DNA of 62,269 nucleotides, counting the filler, from Jimgerdemannia flammicorona (lineage: Eukaryota), in assembly GCA_003990765.1 (NCBI GenBank). It is 3 parts of 3 records of this genome, joined end to end, with 100 filler letters (N's around TTAATTAATTAA, not from the genome) between each part and the next. Parts side by side here need not be neighbours in the genome. Positions count along the whole stretch, not along the records: positions 1 to 20,691 come from RBNJ01001608.1; 2 more parts are not named here. One strand, written 5' to 3'. The notes below the pieces were generated by a model. The model saw only the letters and a list, made by a program, of their open reading frames with translations. It had not been told where the DNA came from and searched no databases. Shown piece by piece: positions 1 to 11,414 of the stretch. The translations under genes and the position numbers were made by a program. How positions within the stretch are numbered: position 1 is the stretch's first letter; each line of letters opens with the position of its first letter.

Positions 1-3000
1 CTTCTCTGTGAAAGACCACTTTTTCGAACACAATCCCCACCCTCCCACCACTCTGCTTACAGATCTTTATCACCAAACCACAACATCATCCCCCCTGAGG
101 ACCCCAACCCACCCACCATCTGGTCAGCAGATCCCCCACCAGCTCCTCCCATCTTGACATCTTCTCATGTAGTCCCAACTGCTGCCCCTCCTCAAATACA
201 AAAAGCCAATGGCCCGCCAGTCCCACCCATACTGCTAACACTCATCCTACAGTAAGCCAACTATCCACCACCCCACCTACAAGCTGAGCTCTTAAGTCCC
301 CCCAGCGACCCCCCTCTCCCACCTGCCAACGCCACACACCCAGTCTATCCCCTATCTCAGCCCAGAATTCCCCCAAGACCTCACACTCTCCCAGCCAATG
401 TTCCAGCATCTGTATATAACCCCCAGCCTGCCCAACATCATAACACTCCTCGCAGTCAAATTGTCCACCCTCTACTAAGTGCCCTGAGCAGAAATTCAGC
501 ATGACATTCCTCCACAATATTCGCCACCATACTACCCAGAACTTGGGAGGAAGCCACCTCCATATCTCAGCATTCTAAGACCAGATGTCTGCCCAGTCCC
601 ACTTCTCTCCAATTCCAACTGCCTGCCAGCTACTCGGCCAAAGGTCCTGGCCAAGCCCCTGCTGACACTCCACTCCCTCCCCAATATTGAACGCAGCCAG
701 TGGAGCACCCCCCAGGAGCAGTCCATCCCAATGCCACATATTAGGCCCCCACACTGCCTCCCCCTCATTACCCTGCCATCACAGGCCAATTCGGTGTGTA
801 CCATTGGCCACTCCCCACCAAAAGCCCTTGAACTGCAGCCTCTGAACTCTATTCAGCCCCACCAAAGAGAGCAGATCTCCAGAGGACCCTCGGGGGGATG
901 TTTGTATCTCCCATACCTTCTGCAGCAGAGGCACTCAACCTCCACCCTGTAATTCCACAGCTCTCTTCAACCACCAGGCTCTCAAGCAGTGCAGCCTCTT
1001 AGGGAAATCCACCAGGCCAAGACCTCCTCTGACTACTGGTCTTGCAAGAGTATCCCAACTGACCTGGGACCTCCTCCCCACCCAAATCCAATCCCTAGCC
1101 ACCTTTGTTAGCTTCTTCACCACCCATGCTAGGAAGTTGAGGTGATATGCCACATACCATAGCTTTGGGAACCAATATACATTCAGGATCGACACCTGCC
1201 CTGCTAGAGAGATATGGCGGCCTCCCCATTCTTGAAGGGCCTCCCCCCAACTATTTACCCTGCCCTCCCACCACACTCATGATAAGACAGAACCATATAT
1301 AGAGAGGAAGATGCCCAGATACCACACCACCTCACCAGTAGGGACAATTGTTCCAATGATGTCCCCACCCACTAGCCCATTCCCTAGCACCATTGTCTCA
1401 CACTTATGCCAGTTGAGCTTTGCTCCCAAGTGAGCCTCATACTATTCCACAGTCTCCTGAAGTACCTCTACATCTGCTACAGACCCAAGTCCCACCACTA
1501 TATCATCAGCAAAGGCCCCCACCTTCCACCCTATACCATATATAGAGAGCTCTGCTACCTTCCAGCAAATCCTATCCATCAATGACTCCAGTGATAGGGC
1601 ATAGAGAATTAGGGATAGAGGGTCCTCCTGAGGTACTCCTCTTCCCAAGGGAAATGCCCTCCCATGGTGACCATTACATGTTAGAGCTGCCTGACTACTT
1701 TCCAGCAGACTCAACATAGAGGCCCTAAATGTTGGGGGAACACCAATCTGGTCCAATACCTTTCCCAGCCACACCCACCATACACAGTTGTAGGCTTTCT
1801 CCTGGTCCAGAAAGACCAACCTTCCATCCAGTCTACAGGCCCGGGCCCCTTCAATAACACTATGAACCCATGCAGTCCCATCTCTTATTAGCCTGCCTCC
1901 AACAAAGCCCTTCTGCTCCTCCCCCAGCACCTGTTGGGTAACCTTCTGCAGCCTCATGACAATCACCTTAGTCACTATCTTTCTGTCCATATCCAGAAGC
2001 ATGATTGGCTGCCAGTTCTTCCAGTCTTCCCTCCTCCCCTTGTCTTTGTATAGTAAGGCCACCAGCCCCAGATCCTGCTCTCCAACCCACTCACCACTCC
2101 GAAGGACATGGTCACAAAGATCAGCCATCTCGCCCAATACTCCAGGGACATTTACCATCTTCTTCCAGAAGTCCCAAGGCAATCCATCCTCCCCTGGCAC
2201 CATCCCAAGCTTAGTTGCTGCCAGGACACTCTGGATCTCCTCTCCTTGCACTGGTAAGATCAAGTCCCTCAGTCCAGCAACCCGCGGTGGCCCCCACTCA
2301 TCTAGTGTATTCACAATCTTTGCCTCATCTGCACCCCCTTCTCCCTCACTCCACAAACCCTGCCATCTCTCCTTCAAGACCCCCAGGATTTGTTGCATGC
2401 CATGAACCATGTTCCCATCAGCATCCAGGACCCCATCCCACCGATGACGCACTCTCCTAGCTTTAAGAAGTCTCAATAAGTACCTAGTAGGCCACTCACC
2501 CTCCTCAAGCCTCTGCCACCACAGCCTAGCAGCCATGCCCCACATATGGGTCTCCTCCTCTCCCCTCAGCACCTGTTGTAGTTCCACTATCTCCAATTTC
2601 GCCCTCTCTATCCTCCAATCCTCCACCCCTACAACAGTGAGCAAATCCACCCAATCCATTTGTAGTCTTCTCAGCCTGCTGGAAGCACACCTCGTGCACC
2701 TCCTTCTCTGCCTCCCAGCTCTCTACCCACCTCTCCCCAATAAACTCTTGCAGCCTCTTTCAACCTCATCCAGTAGACAGCCACAGGCAAACCCTCATGC
2801 TTCCAGATAAAAACTTTTGCCTGAATGTCCTCCACCCACAGGTCCTATAGCCTCTTCTCAGCCAGCAGGGAGGAGTTAAGGCACTAATGTCCAGGTCCAT
2901 CTCCACTCCCCCCAAACTGCCCCTGCCCCAACAGTCCCCAGTGATCAGACCATGGGCACTACTCTACTTTCAATGCCTTCCAAACATCCAAACCCCAGCA

Positions 3001-3616
3001 CTCTGCCATCAGAATCCAGTCAATCCTTGTGCTCAGGCCATTCATCCAATGCATGTAAACCCTGGTGCCACCCCACCTTGTTCTGCCCATATCCCCCAAG
3101 GAGCTCAATGTCTCTACCTCCTCCCAAGCATCCAGACCTCCACTTCTACCCCCAGCACTCCTCCCTCCATCAGTTCTGTCCAGACACTGATCCTGAACCA
3201 TATTAAAGTCCCCACTGAAAACATCGACCCCTTCCTCCAAGAGAATACTCTCCTCCAGCAATCCCCTAATCCATGCAATCTGCTCACCCCTAGCCACAGG
3301 GCAGTAGCAAGAGCCCACCTTCACCGATTCCCACCCTGGCTGATGCCAATCTCCCCAGACCAAGCGATCACCCCAGCTCCTAATTTCCCCCAAGTCTCCT
3401 CTGCCCTTCCTCACCAGAATTGCTACCTTTCCAAGTAGCAGCCCCCCCCCACTCCCTAGTCTACTCTGCCTGATCATCCTCATCCTCACATCGAACATCC
3501 TGCAATAAAAAGAGATCAGCCTCCAATCCCTTGAGCCAAGTAAAAATGTTCCTATGCCACCCAGATCCCCTTAGCCTATTCACATTCAAGGAAAAAATGT
3601 TGGTTATACTGTTCAT
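1..3616 (-). pseudogene. LINE ORF2 (APE endonuclease-reverse transcriptase-CCHC), disrupted
   Basis: Fragments 2959-3498, 1442-2659, 935-1276 and 242-517 carry APE, RT and zinc-finger motifs. Confidence 0.9.
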
Positions 3617-3649
3617 AAAGAATAATGATATATATCAGAGCCCATCCTC

Positions 3650-5683
3650 TATAAGTCAGCATCCTGCCTCTCCTGCACCAAGTTTAAGTTAAGTTCAGCA
3701 GCCAGTTCTCTCTCTCCAGCTTCCCATGCCTCCAACTCTCCCAGAAGTTCTACCATTGCCCCATCCTCATGCTCCTCAAAATCCTCATGATACTCCAGAC
3801 ATACCTCCTGCCAGAGCTGCAGACCCTGATGCTCTGCTCAACAGTAGTCTGCCCACTCAGCAGCAACCACCCCCAGCTCTGCCTTCCTCACCTCATCAAC
3901 CTCATATCCCTCCTCCTCCAGCAAAATTGCCAGAATCTCCACCTTCAGCACCTCCACCATTCCATCCCCACACAGGATTCTTGTCCAATGCTCCTCAGGC
4001 ATTGCCTGCAGGTCTACCTCCCCCAATGCTTCTGCTGCGAGGTTATCTATCACCTTGCATACCCACAACAAGTTCCCCACCTCCTTCCCTCCCAGAGTCC
4101 CTGGTCACCCTGCATCCAACATCATGGTGTCAGCTCCTACACTAGCAGCCTCATCCCACTCCTCCTCAGGGACATCCACTAGCTCATCCTCACCAACTGC
4201 CACCACCTGCTCCCCTTGAGCCACATCAGGGACCCCAAAGCACACCTGCTGGGCTCCCTGCATCTGTGTATCCTCCGCCCTCCCTCGCATCCCCACTGGG
4301 CCCCTCCTGATAAGTAGGGGGGGGGGTGGTATCCAACTCTAGCTCCCACACTTCAAAGGTACCATCAGCAAATGGGTCCTTGACCAGCTCCTTCCCAGCC
4401 CCTGCCTCCTTCACTTCCACCTCCTCTCCTCCTTTATCAGCCCAGACACTGGCCTCAGTGCCTCTAGACTCCTCAGCTTCACCCAACTTCTTCTTCCCCC
4501 CACTAGTCATACCCGCCAACAGCTCCTTCTGCCTCTTACATCCCTGGACCCACTCCCGCTACTTCTTATCCATACAGATATGCCTCTCACCCACAACCTC
4601 TAGATGCATCAATTCCTCAAACAGCTTCCAGGCCTTTGCCCTCCTCTCCACAGCACCACCCAACTCCTCCAGCACCTCCAACAAGTCCTCCTCCTCCTCT
4701 TTGCTCCCCTTCACCCTCAATACCTTGCAGATGACAGCCCCCCACATCAGCACTGAGGGCCAGTCACTTGTCTTCCCTGTGGCCTCTTTTCCTGCCAACT
4801 GAATCCTGACATTGATGTCACCCGTCCTGATAGTTGTCCCCTCCCACAACTGAAATCCAATGTCCACCACATCTCCATACTCTACCATCACCTCCTCCAC
4901 CCTCCTCCTAGTCTCCTCCTTAGTCACTATGGGCACCCCCCTCACCAGAAGCTGCACCACTCTGGGGTCCCACCTCAAGCACCTAACCATGGGGACCACC
5001 ACCTCCCCAACCACCACTCCTGTCTTCATGGCCTCGTCCAGTAGGCCTGCCTCCTCAAAGCCCACCTCAATCCCCTCCATGCCCTTCAAGAACTTCACTG
5101 AGGCCGCACCAGCCACCTGCCTCGAGATAAGCCCCAGGACCATCCTCACCATCACCACCAAGCCCCGGAAGCACAAGGTAGCTGCGAACTCCGAGATTGA
5201 CTTCTTGAGCAATGGGGCCACCACCAGTCCCATTATACCATCAGCCAGGTCCCCCTACCACATTGGGAGCCCCTGCCCCCCCTGGCCATCAGCTGTCACA
5301 TCTCTTTTTTTTTCCTGATTCACTGTCACACTACCATCAGCAGTCCTGCCACTACCCCCAGCCACTACTCCACTCCCTCCACCTCCCACCAGTGAAGGCC
5401 CAGCTCCCCCAGCATTGCCAGCCTTCTGCTTCCCCTTTCCTCCTGCCTGTCCACTGTAGGTGCCCCTTGGCCAACCCCCAGCCTTAAGTGCATCCGCAAA
5501 GCTCCCTCCCTACTGCCCTCCAGCCCCCCCACCAGTGCCTCCTCCACCCCCCAAGCTGCCCAGTCCACTTGATCCACCGAAAGACCCCATCCCCAGTCCA
5601 TATCCTCTCCCGACATGCTGCCAGTTGAAGGCCCCAGGTCCACCTAATCTAGAATATGCATCGGCTCACTTGCTGGTTGACAT
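3650..5683 (-). pseudogene. LINE ORF1 (gag-like), disrupted
   Basis: ORF fragments 4559-5233 and 3838-4080, upstream of ORF2; homologous to 11505-13340 on +. Confidence 0.7.
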
Positions 5684-5869
5684 CTCCTTAATATCTTTCT
5701 CCAATAAACGATTTGAAAGTATGTAGTAAAGTGTGTGTAATGTGAATTGTAGTGGAGGTTATCATCATAGTATCCACTATAAGTGGTACTGTAGAAGATA
5801 TGTCCAATATGTTTGATTGCAATATACTTGATTGTATATATATTATTGTGAGTTATATTATATGTAAGT

Positions 5870-6157
5870 TTTGAATTACCATATTTAGTTTTGAATTTCA
5901 AATTAAATTCAAAATTCAAACTTTGAATTGAATTTTGAATTGAATTTGAAATTCAAACTTCAATTCAAATTGTGACTTGATTTTAGGTTCAAATTGAAAT
6001 TCAAATCAAATTGGACCTTAATTCAAATTGAATTGAATTGAATTAGACCTCAATTCAAATTGATTCAAATCAAATTGGGTCTCAATTCAATTTGAAGTTT
6101 TTGAATTGAATCAAATTTAGGTCCAATTTGATTCAATTCAATTCATTGGGAGCACTA
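5870..6157 (-). mobile_element. hAT-like DNA transposon terminus with subterminal (GAATT)n repeats
   Basis: Minus strand begins TAGTGCTCCCAATGAATTGAATTGAATC, followed by dense TTGAATTG/CAATTCAA repeats. The same TAGTGCTCC start occurs at 36375. Confidence 0.45.
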
Positions 6158-6158
6158 G

Positions 6159-7390
6159 TTCTTGGATTATATCTCTTTATTTATTTATATAGTAATATAT
6201 ATTAGAACCAGATCACTGTCTCACAGAATGACATTATCTATCTTATATGCTAGATATAGTATTAGTAACTAGAGAAGGGATATATTATCTTTACTTTTAT
6301 TAGATTTACTATCAGTATATCTTTAATAAGTTATAGTACTATATATTATCAGATTATAGTAAGCTAGTAACTACTTATACTCAGAAAGTAGAGTTGCTGG
6401 TTCTATCTCAAGAGTTGCCTAGAGATATAGACTATATTCTTTAGTCTCTTTATTGTAGTTGAAGTAGTTAGGTATAAATACAGATTGGTATTCATACTAG
6501 TGGTCATTATTCTAGTAGATCTCATAAGTGGTTATGAACTATTGTAAGTTTATCAGTAAAATTGGTAAAGTGATCAGAGTTAGTAGAGATTCTTGGCTAG
6601 AGGTCATATCAGTATTAGAGAAATTATTGTCTTCTGTTTCATTATTGTTAAACTGAATTATATTATAGATATTCTTATAATATATCCAACTTGAGACATT
6701 TATAGGATGTGATCATCTGGATGTGAGAAGGGTCTGTCTGTAGTTTAAGTATACTCAATATATTTGGGATTAAGTTCTTATATCATATCATCAATTTGGC
6801 CATAAATCAGGGTAATAATTATTTCAATAGTAGTAACTCAGATATAGAGAATAAAGATGCTATACTCATAAAAGCATAAAAGAGTTCTTGGTATTTGTGA
6901 GTAATAAGTTTCTAGTATTGAGATATTTCAGTAATGTCTATATTATAGTAATAATTAATCATATCTTCTAGGAGGCAGCTAATCTGATAGTAGCTTGAGA
7001 TTTGTCTGATTTAGTGAACCTTGCTAAGTATGTTTAGGGTATTTCAATAGGCTTTTATGAAATAGAAGAGTACTAGACTATAGATATTTATGAGGGGCAG
7101 GAGTACTATAGCTTAATTAATAATAGTATTTCAAATATCAGTATGAATATAGTTGTAGACTTCAGTAGTTATATCTGAGTATATATTTGAGAGTTATGGT
7201 TGTGATTTCAGTTTGTTATGATTCTTTATTTTAGTATACTATATATTTAGTATATATGTTTTTAGTTCTGATTGATAAGATATATATTATATTCCATGAC
7301 TTTGAGTTGACTCAGCTTTATAATCTTATATATGATTTCTGAATTTATTCTGAGAGTGATATATGATTTCAGTGGCTTAGAGGTTATATA
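6159..7390. repeat. Degenerate dispersed repeat of unknown type, copy 1
   Basis: Colinear with ~17350-18580 (e.g. cactgtctcacagaatg at ~6215 and ~17404). Confidence 0.8.
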
Positions 7391-7489
7391 CTTATAACTC
7401 TCTCCTTCTTAGTTTTCAACATCCTTATCAAGGTCTTCTAATTTGATCTAGTGTTGTTATACTATTTGGATGATCAAAAGTCTAGTAAT

Positions 7490-7493
<4 letters not shown>

Positions 7494-7555
<62 letters not shown>

Positions 7556-7570
7556 TTTTTTTTTTTTTTT

Positions 7571-7628
<58 letters not shown>
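7494..7628. repeat. Poly(T) tract, ~135 nt (probable retroposon poly(A) tail on - strand)
   Basis: Seen directly. Confidence 0.85.
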
Positions 7629-7949
7629 CAGAAAGTAGTATACTTATAGTACAGTTGTTTAATATATTAGATTTATATATTAAAGAGTCATATATTTAAT
7701 ACTATATATCAGAAGTGATTCTAATATTATTTACTATTAGAGAATTTTCTCTGAGAAACCTGTTTAAATATCTATACCTTGTTTTTTATCAGTAGTATAG
7801 AGAGAATAGACTGGTTTTCAGTTTTGCTATTTTTTAAAAGATTAGTATTTTTGTCTTAATTTGCTGAGTTTTCAATTTTGTTCATAATAATTATAAGGGT
7901 ACTTTTAATAGTATTTGGGAGGGATAATATATAGTATAGAAATAATAAG

Positions 7950-10900
7950 TATTAGAGTATTTGAACTAGTTGTTTAAGAAATCATATTTTTGAACTAAGT
8001 CAGTAATATTCTGAAGATTTGTTTTAGGTTCCTATATAGTATCATAGATTAAATAACATTTCTATTTGATAAGGTATTCTGGGTAATTCTTGTGATCATA
8101 TTTGTTAAGAATTTATTTGACTTTATATTCTTCTTAGTTATTAATAATAATGAGTACTAGTGGTTTTATAGTTTGATTTAAGAATAGTTCATTATTATTT
8201 TCATTATATTACTTGAGATATCAAATATTGAAGACTGGGCAAATCTTGATAGGATCTGATAGTATTAATTTGTAGAATGTTGAAGAGACTTGTATGATAA
8301 CTTCAAATGGTCTAATGAACTTGCTGTTTAGTTTTATAGAAGATCTATATTTGAGGTTATTAATTTGGTATCCTCAGATATCTAGTAGAACTTTTTCTTT
8401 AATATCAATAGTTTCTTCTTAGTAGTACTGATTGACATACTGTAATTTTTGCTCTTAAGCTCAAGATAAATTCTCAATTACAATCTGGCTTAAGTTGCAT
8501 ATTTGGAGTAAGAATTCTTTAATAGCTTTAATAGTAGAGAGTTTATTAGTAGTTCTAATAAGGGTTAAGGAGGTGTTTAGATTTTATTTTATATTGATAA
8601 AGAATGAGGTCTTTCTATGAGAAGCTTGTTTACTATTATTATAAGAAAACTCAACTATAGTAAGAGATTTATGTCAATTATCTTATCTATAGGAAATATA
8701 GTTCTTTAGTATTTGCTCTAAAGTTTAGTTTATCTTTTCAGTTTGTCTATTAGTTTTAGAATAAAAGATTATGAATAGTGCTAGTTTTATTCCAAGATAT
8801 GAGTTTAGAGCTTTCTAAAAAATAGCTAGTGAATTTCAGGTCTTAGTTACTAATAATGATCTTAGAAAGACCATGATAGTAGAAGATATTATCAAATAAG
8901 AGTATAGCAATTTCAAATACTATTATAGTTATAATAGTAGATATAAAATATACTTGTTTGCTAAGATAACCTATAAAGATAATAATTGTATCTTTCTCAT
9001 TCTTAGTTTGAGGTAGTTATATAATATAGTTTATAGAGATTTATTCTCAATTAACAAAAGATACTGAAATAGAATAGAGTAGTCTAGGTTTTACTAGAGT
9101 TGAGGACTTGTTACACTGACAGATATCATAAGAAATAATGTAGATCTTTAACTAATCTGCTATATGAGACTAATAGAAGTTTCAGGAAATAACTATATAG
9201 TATTTGTCAAATTCTAGATATTCAGCTATAGGGATATTATGATATTTAAACAGGATAGTCCTTCAGAGGTCTTGATTATTAAAAATATATAATCTATCTT
9301 TATAATAAATAATATTTTCCTTCAATTGGTATTAATGATACTGGGAGTACTTATCAATATTATTACTACTCAGGATTTCTTAAAGTATTTGAGTTTTTTA
9401 TTATTAGTATATATTATAATAATTTATTTCATAATAAAGTTGATAACCAAGATGAGAGTTTGTATAACTTCTTTGATTAGTAGTCTGGAAATTATATCAG
9501 TGACAATATTTTTCTTACTAGAGTGGTATTGGATTTTATTATCAAAGTTAGTAAGAACTTTTATCCATCTGGCTTGCTTTTGGAAAAGAGTAGTCTAGAT
9601 CTTAATATTGACTAATTATTTGTAGTCTGTTAATATAGTAAAATATACTTCTTTAAGGTATGAGTATCATTTGATCAGAGTGTCTACAATGGCTAATATT
9701 TTTTTCTCATAGATGGTATAGTTGATTTTGGCATCATTAAACTTATAAGAATAATAGGCCACAGTATGTTCTTCTTATATAAGTACTGCTCTAAGAGCTA
9801 GGTCAGAGACATTAATAGTAACTTTATATAGTAGAGTAAGATTTACTGCTTAAAGTACTGGAGTGATTATCAGAGTATTTTTTAAGACTTAGAAGGCTGC
9901 ATCTTATTTGGATTTCTATTTAACAAGATTGTTGAAGTCTTTTTTTTACTTTATAGTTCAGGATTGTTCTTTCTTTTTATTGTACTTAATTAGTTAGATA
10001 AGAGCAATAGTAATCTTGATAAAGTTTATATACATATAACAAATTGCCTATAATAGTTTACTAATCCTAGAAAAGACTGGAGGTCTTTCAGTTTTTTGGG
10101 TCTGGACTATTTCTTAATTGTGAAAATTTTGCTGAGTCTACTTTAATTTCATTAAGAGTAATAATATATCTAAAGAATTGAATTTCCTTTAAAAGAAATT
10201 TACATTTGCTAAGTTTTGTAAAGAGTTAGTTTTCTCAAAACTTCAATAGTATTTATTCAAGATGTTCAAGATGTTTATCCAGAGTTTTACTGAAGACCAG
10301 AATATTGTTAATATAGATAATAACAAATTTATTTAGATATAGGTATAGGATAGTATTCATCAGAGTCTGGAAGGTTATAGGAGTATTAGTTAAGCCAAAG
10401 AGCATAGCCAAGAACTCAAAATATCTATAGCAAGTTTAGAAAACAGTTTTGTAGATGTCTTCTTCTTTTATAGCAATTTGCTAGTAGTTATTTCATAGGT
10501 CAAAAGAGCTTATAAGCTGTGAATTAGTAAGTCTATCAAAGATTTCATTGATTTAAAGTAGTGGGCAACAGTTCTTGATAGTCTGTTCATTGAGGTCTCA
10601 GTAATCAATATACATTCAGAGGTCTTCTTCTTTCTTGACAATAAAGAAGACTGATATACTATATAGTATATACTAGATCTAATGAATTTTTATTCTAAGA
10701 GTTCATCAATCTCTTTCTTGAGTATATTGATTTCTCTAGAGGATATATAGTAGATTGACTTGAAGGCTGGTTTGACATCTGGGATGGTTTTTATTATAAG
10801 ATCAACTGCTTATTTAGATAGTAGATCTTTTGAAAGTTTTTTTGAGAATATATCTCAAAATTTCTAAAGTAAGGGTCAGATATAACTGTCAACTTTGAAA

Positions 10901-11410
10901 AAATCTTCTTTAAGATTCTCAGGTTCTTTTTTGGATAGCTATATAGAGATAGCAAAGAGAGGACATTTATTGGCTAATATCTTAAGTTATAGTTTATTAA
11001 TATAAGTGATCTTTGAACCTAAGTCACTAGAGCTAAGTGAGTCTCTTTTGTCTTATAGTTTAAAATTATAGTATCCTTTCTTAATAGTTAGAGAATGGTT
11101 CACCCAATCTATCATAAGATTCTCTTGTTTTAACTATAGTATTCTAAGAATAATTTCATTATCTAGAAGTAATATAATTTAGAGGATAATATATATTCAA
11201 TAGTTATTAATTCTGAAGAATAGATTATAGACTTCTTTACTAATGATATATGAGATTCTATCAGCTATAGTAACTGCTTCAGTTTGTTATATCAGAGAGG
11301 TCAGGACTTTAAGTCTATTAGCTATTTTCTCATTGATAAAACTACCTAAGATATTATTGTCTATTATGATCTTAATAGATAATTAATTAACAAAAGCTTC
11401 ACACTTTAGC
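7950..11410 (-). mobile_element. pol: Highly mutated chromovirus-type Ty3/Gypsy pol relic (PR-RT-RH-IN-chromodomain)
   Basis: Minus-strand translation KEEDIYKTVF*TCYRYFEFLAMLFGLTNTPITFQ (~10370-10470) and VIIYINNILV (YxDD relic, ~10300-10325). Chromodomain relic EEYKVK*ILNK...EYLIK*KCY...T.*EP..NL at ~8000-8135. Confidence 0.85.
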
Positions 11411-11414
11411 TATA

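Larger units (their letters stand above)
1..5760 (-). mobile_element. L1/Tx1-like LINE, copy 1 (5'-complete, 3' end runs off window; degenerate)
   Basis: ORF1 from ATG ~5683. ORF2 from ATG 3616 with APE motifs (FSLNVNRL, FLLQD, SGDFN, TRIDWI), RT motifs (PGEDGL, NWQPIMLL, LDQEKAY, GVPQEDPLS, FADD) and a C-terminal CxxC..H....C. 5' UTR is homologous to copy 2 at ~11415-11505. Confidence 0.92.

Noticed and set aside
1956..5726. Pro/Ser-rich plus-strand ORFs
   Set aside because: Antisense to the G-rich LINE coding strand.
7451..7699. Poly-Phe ORFs (also 37068-37379, 43054-43263)
   Set aside because: Translations of homopolymer tracts.
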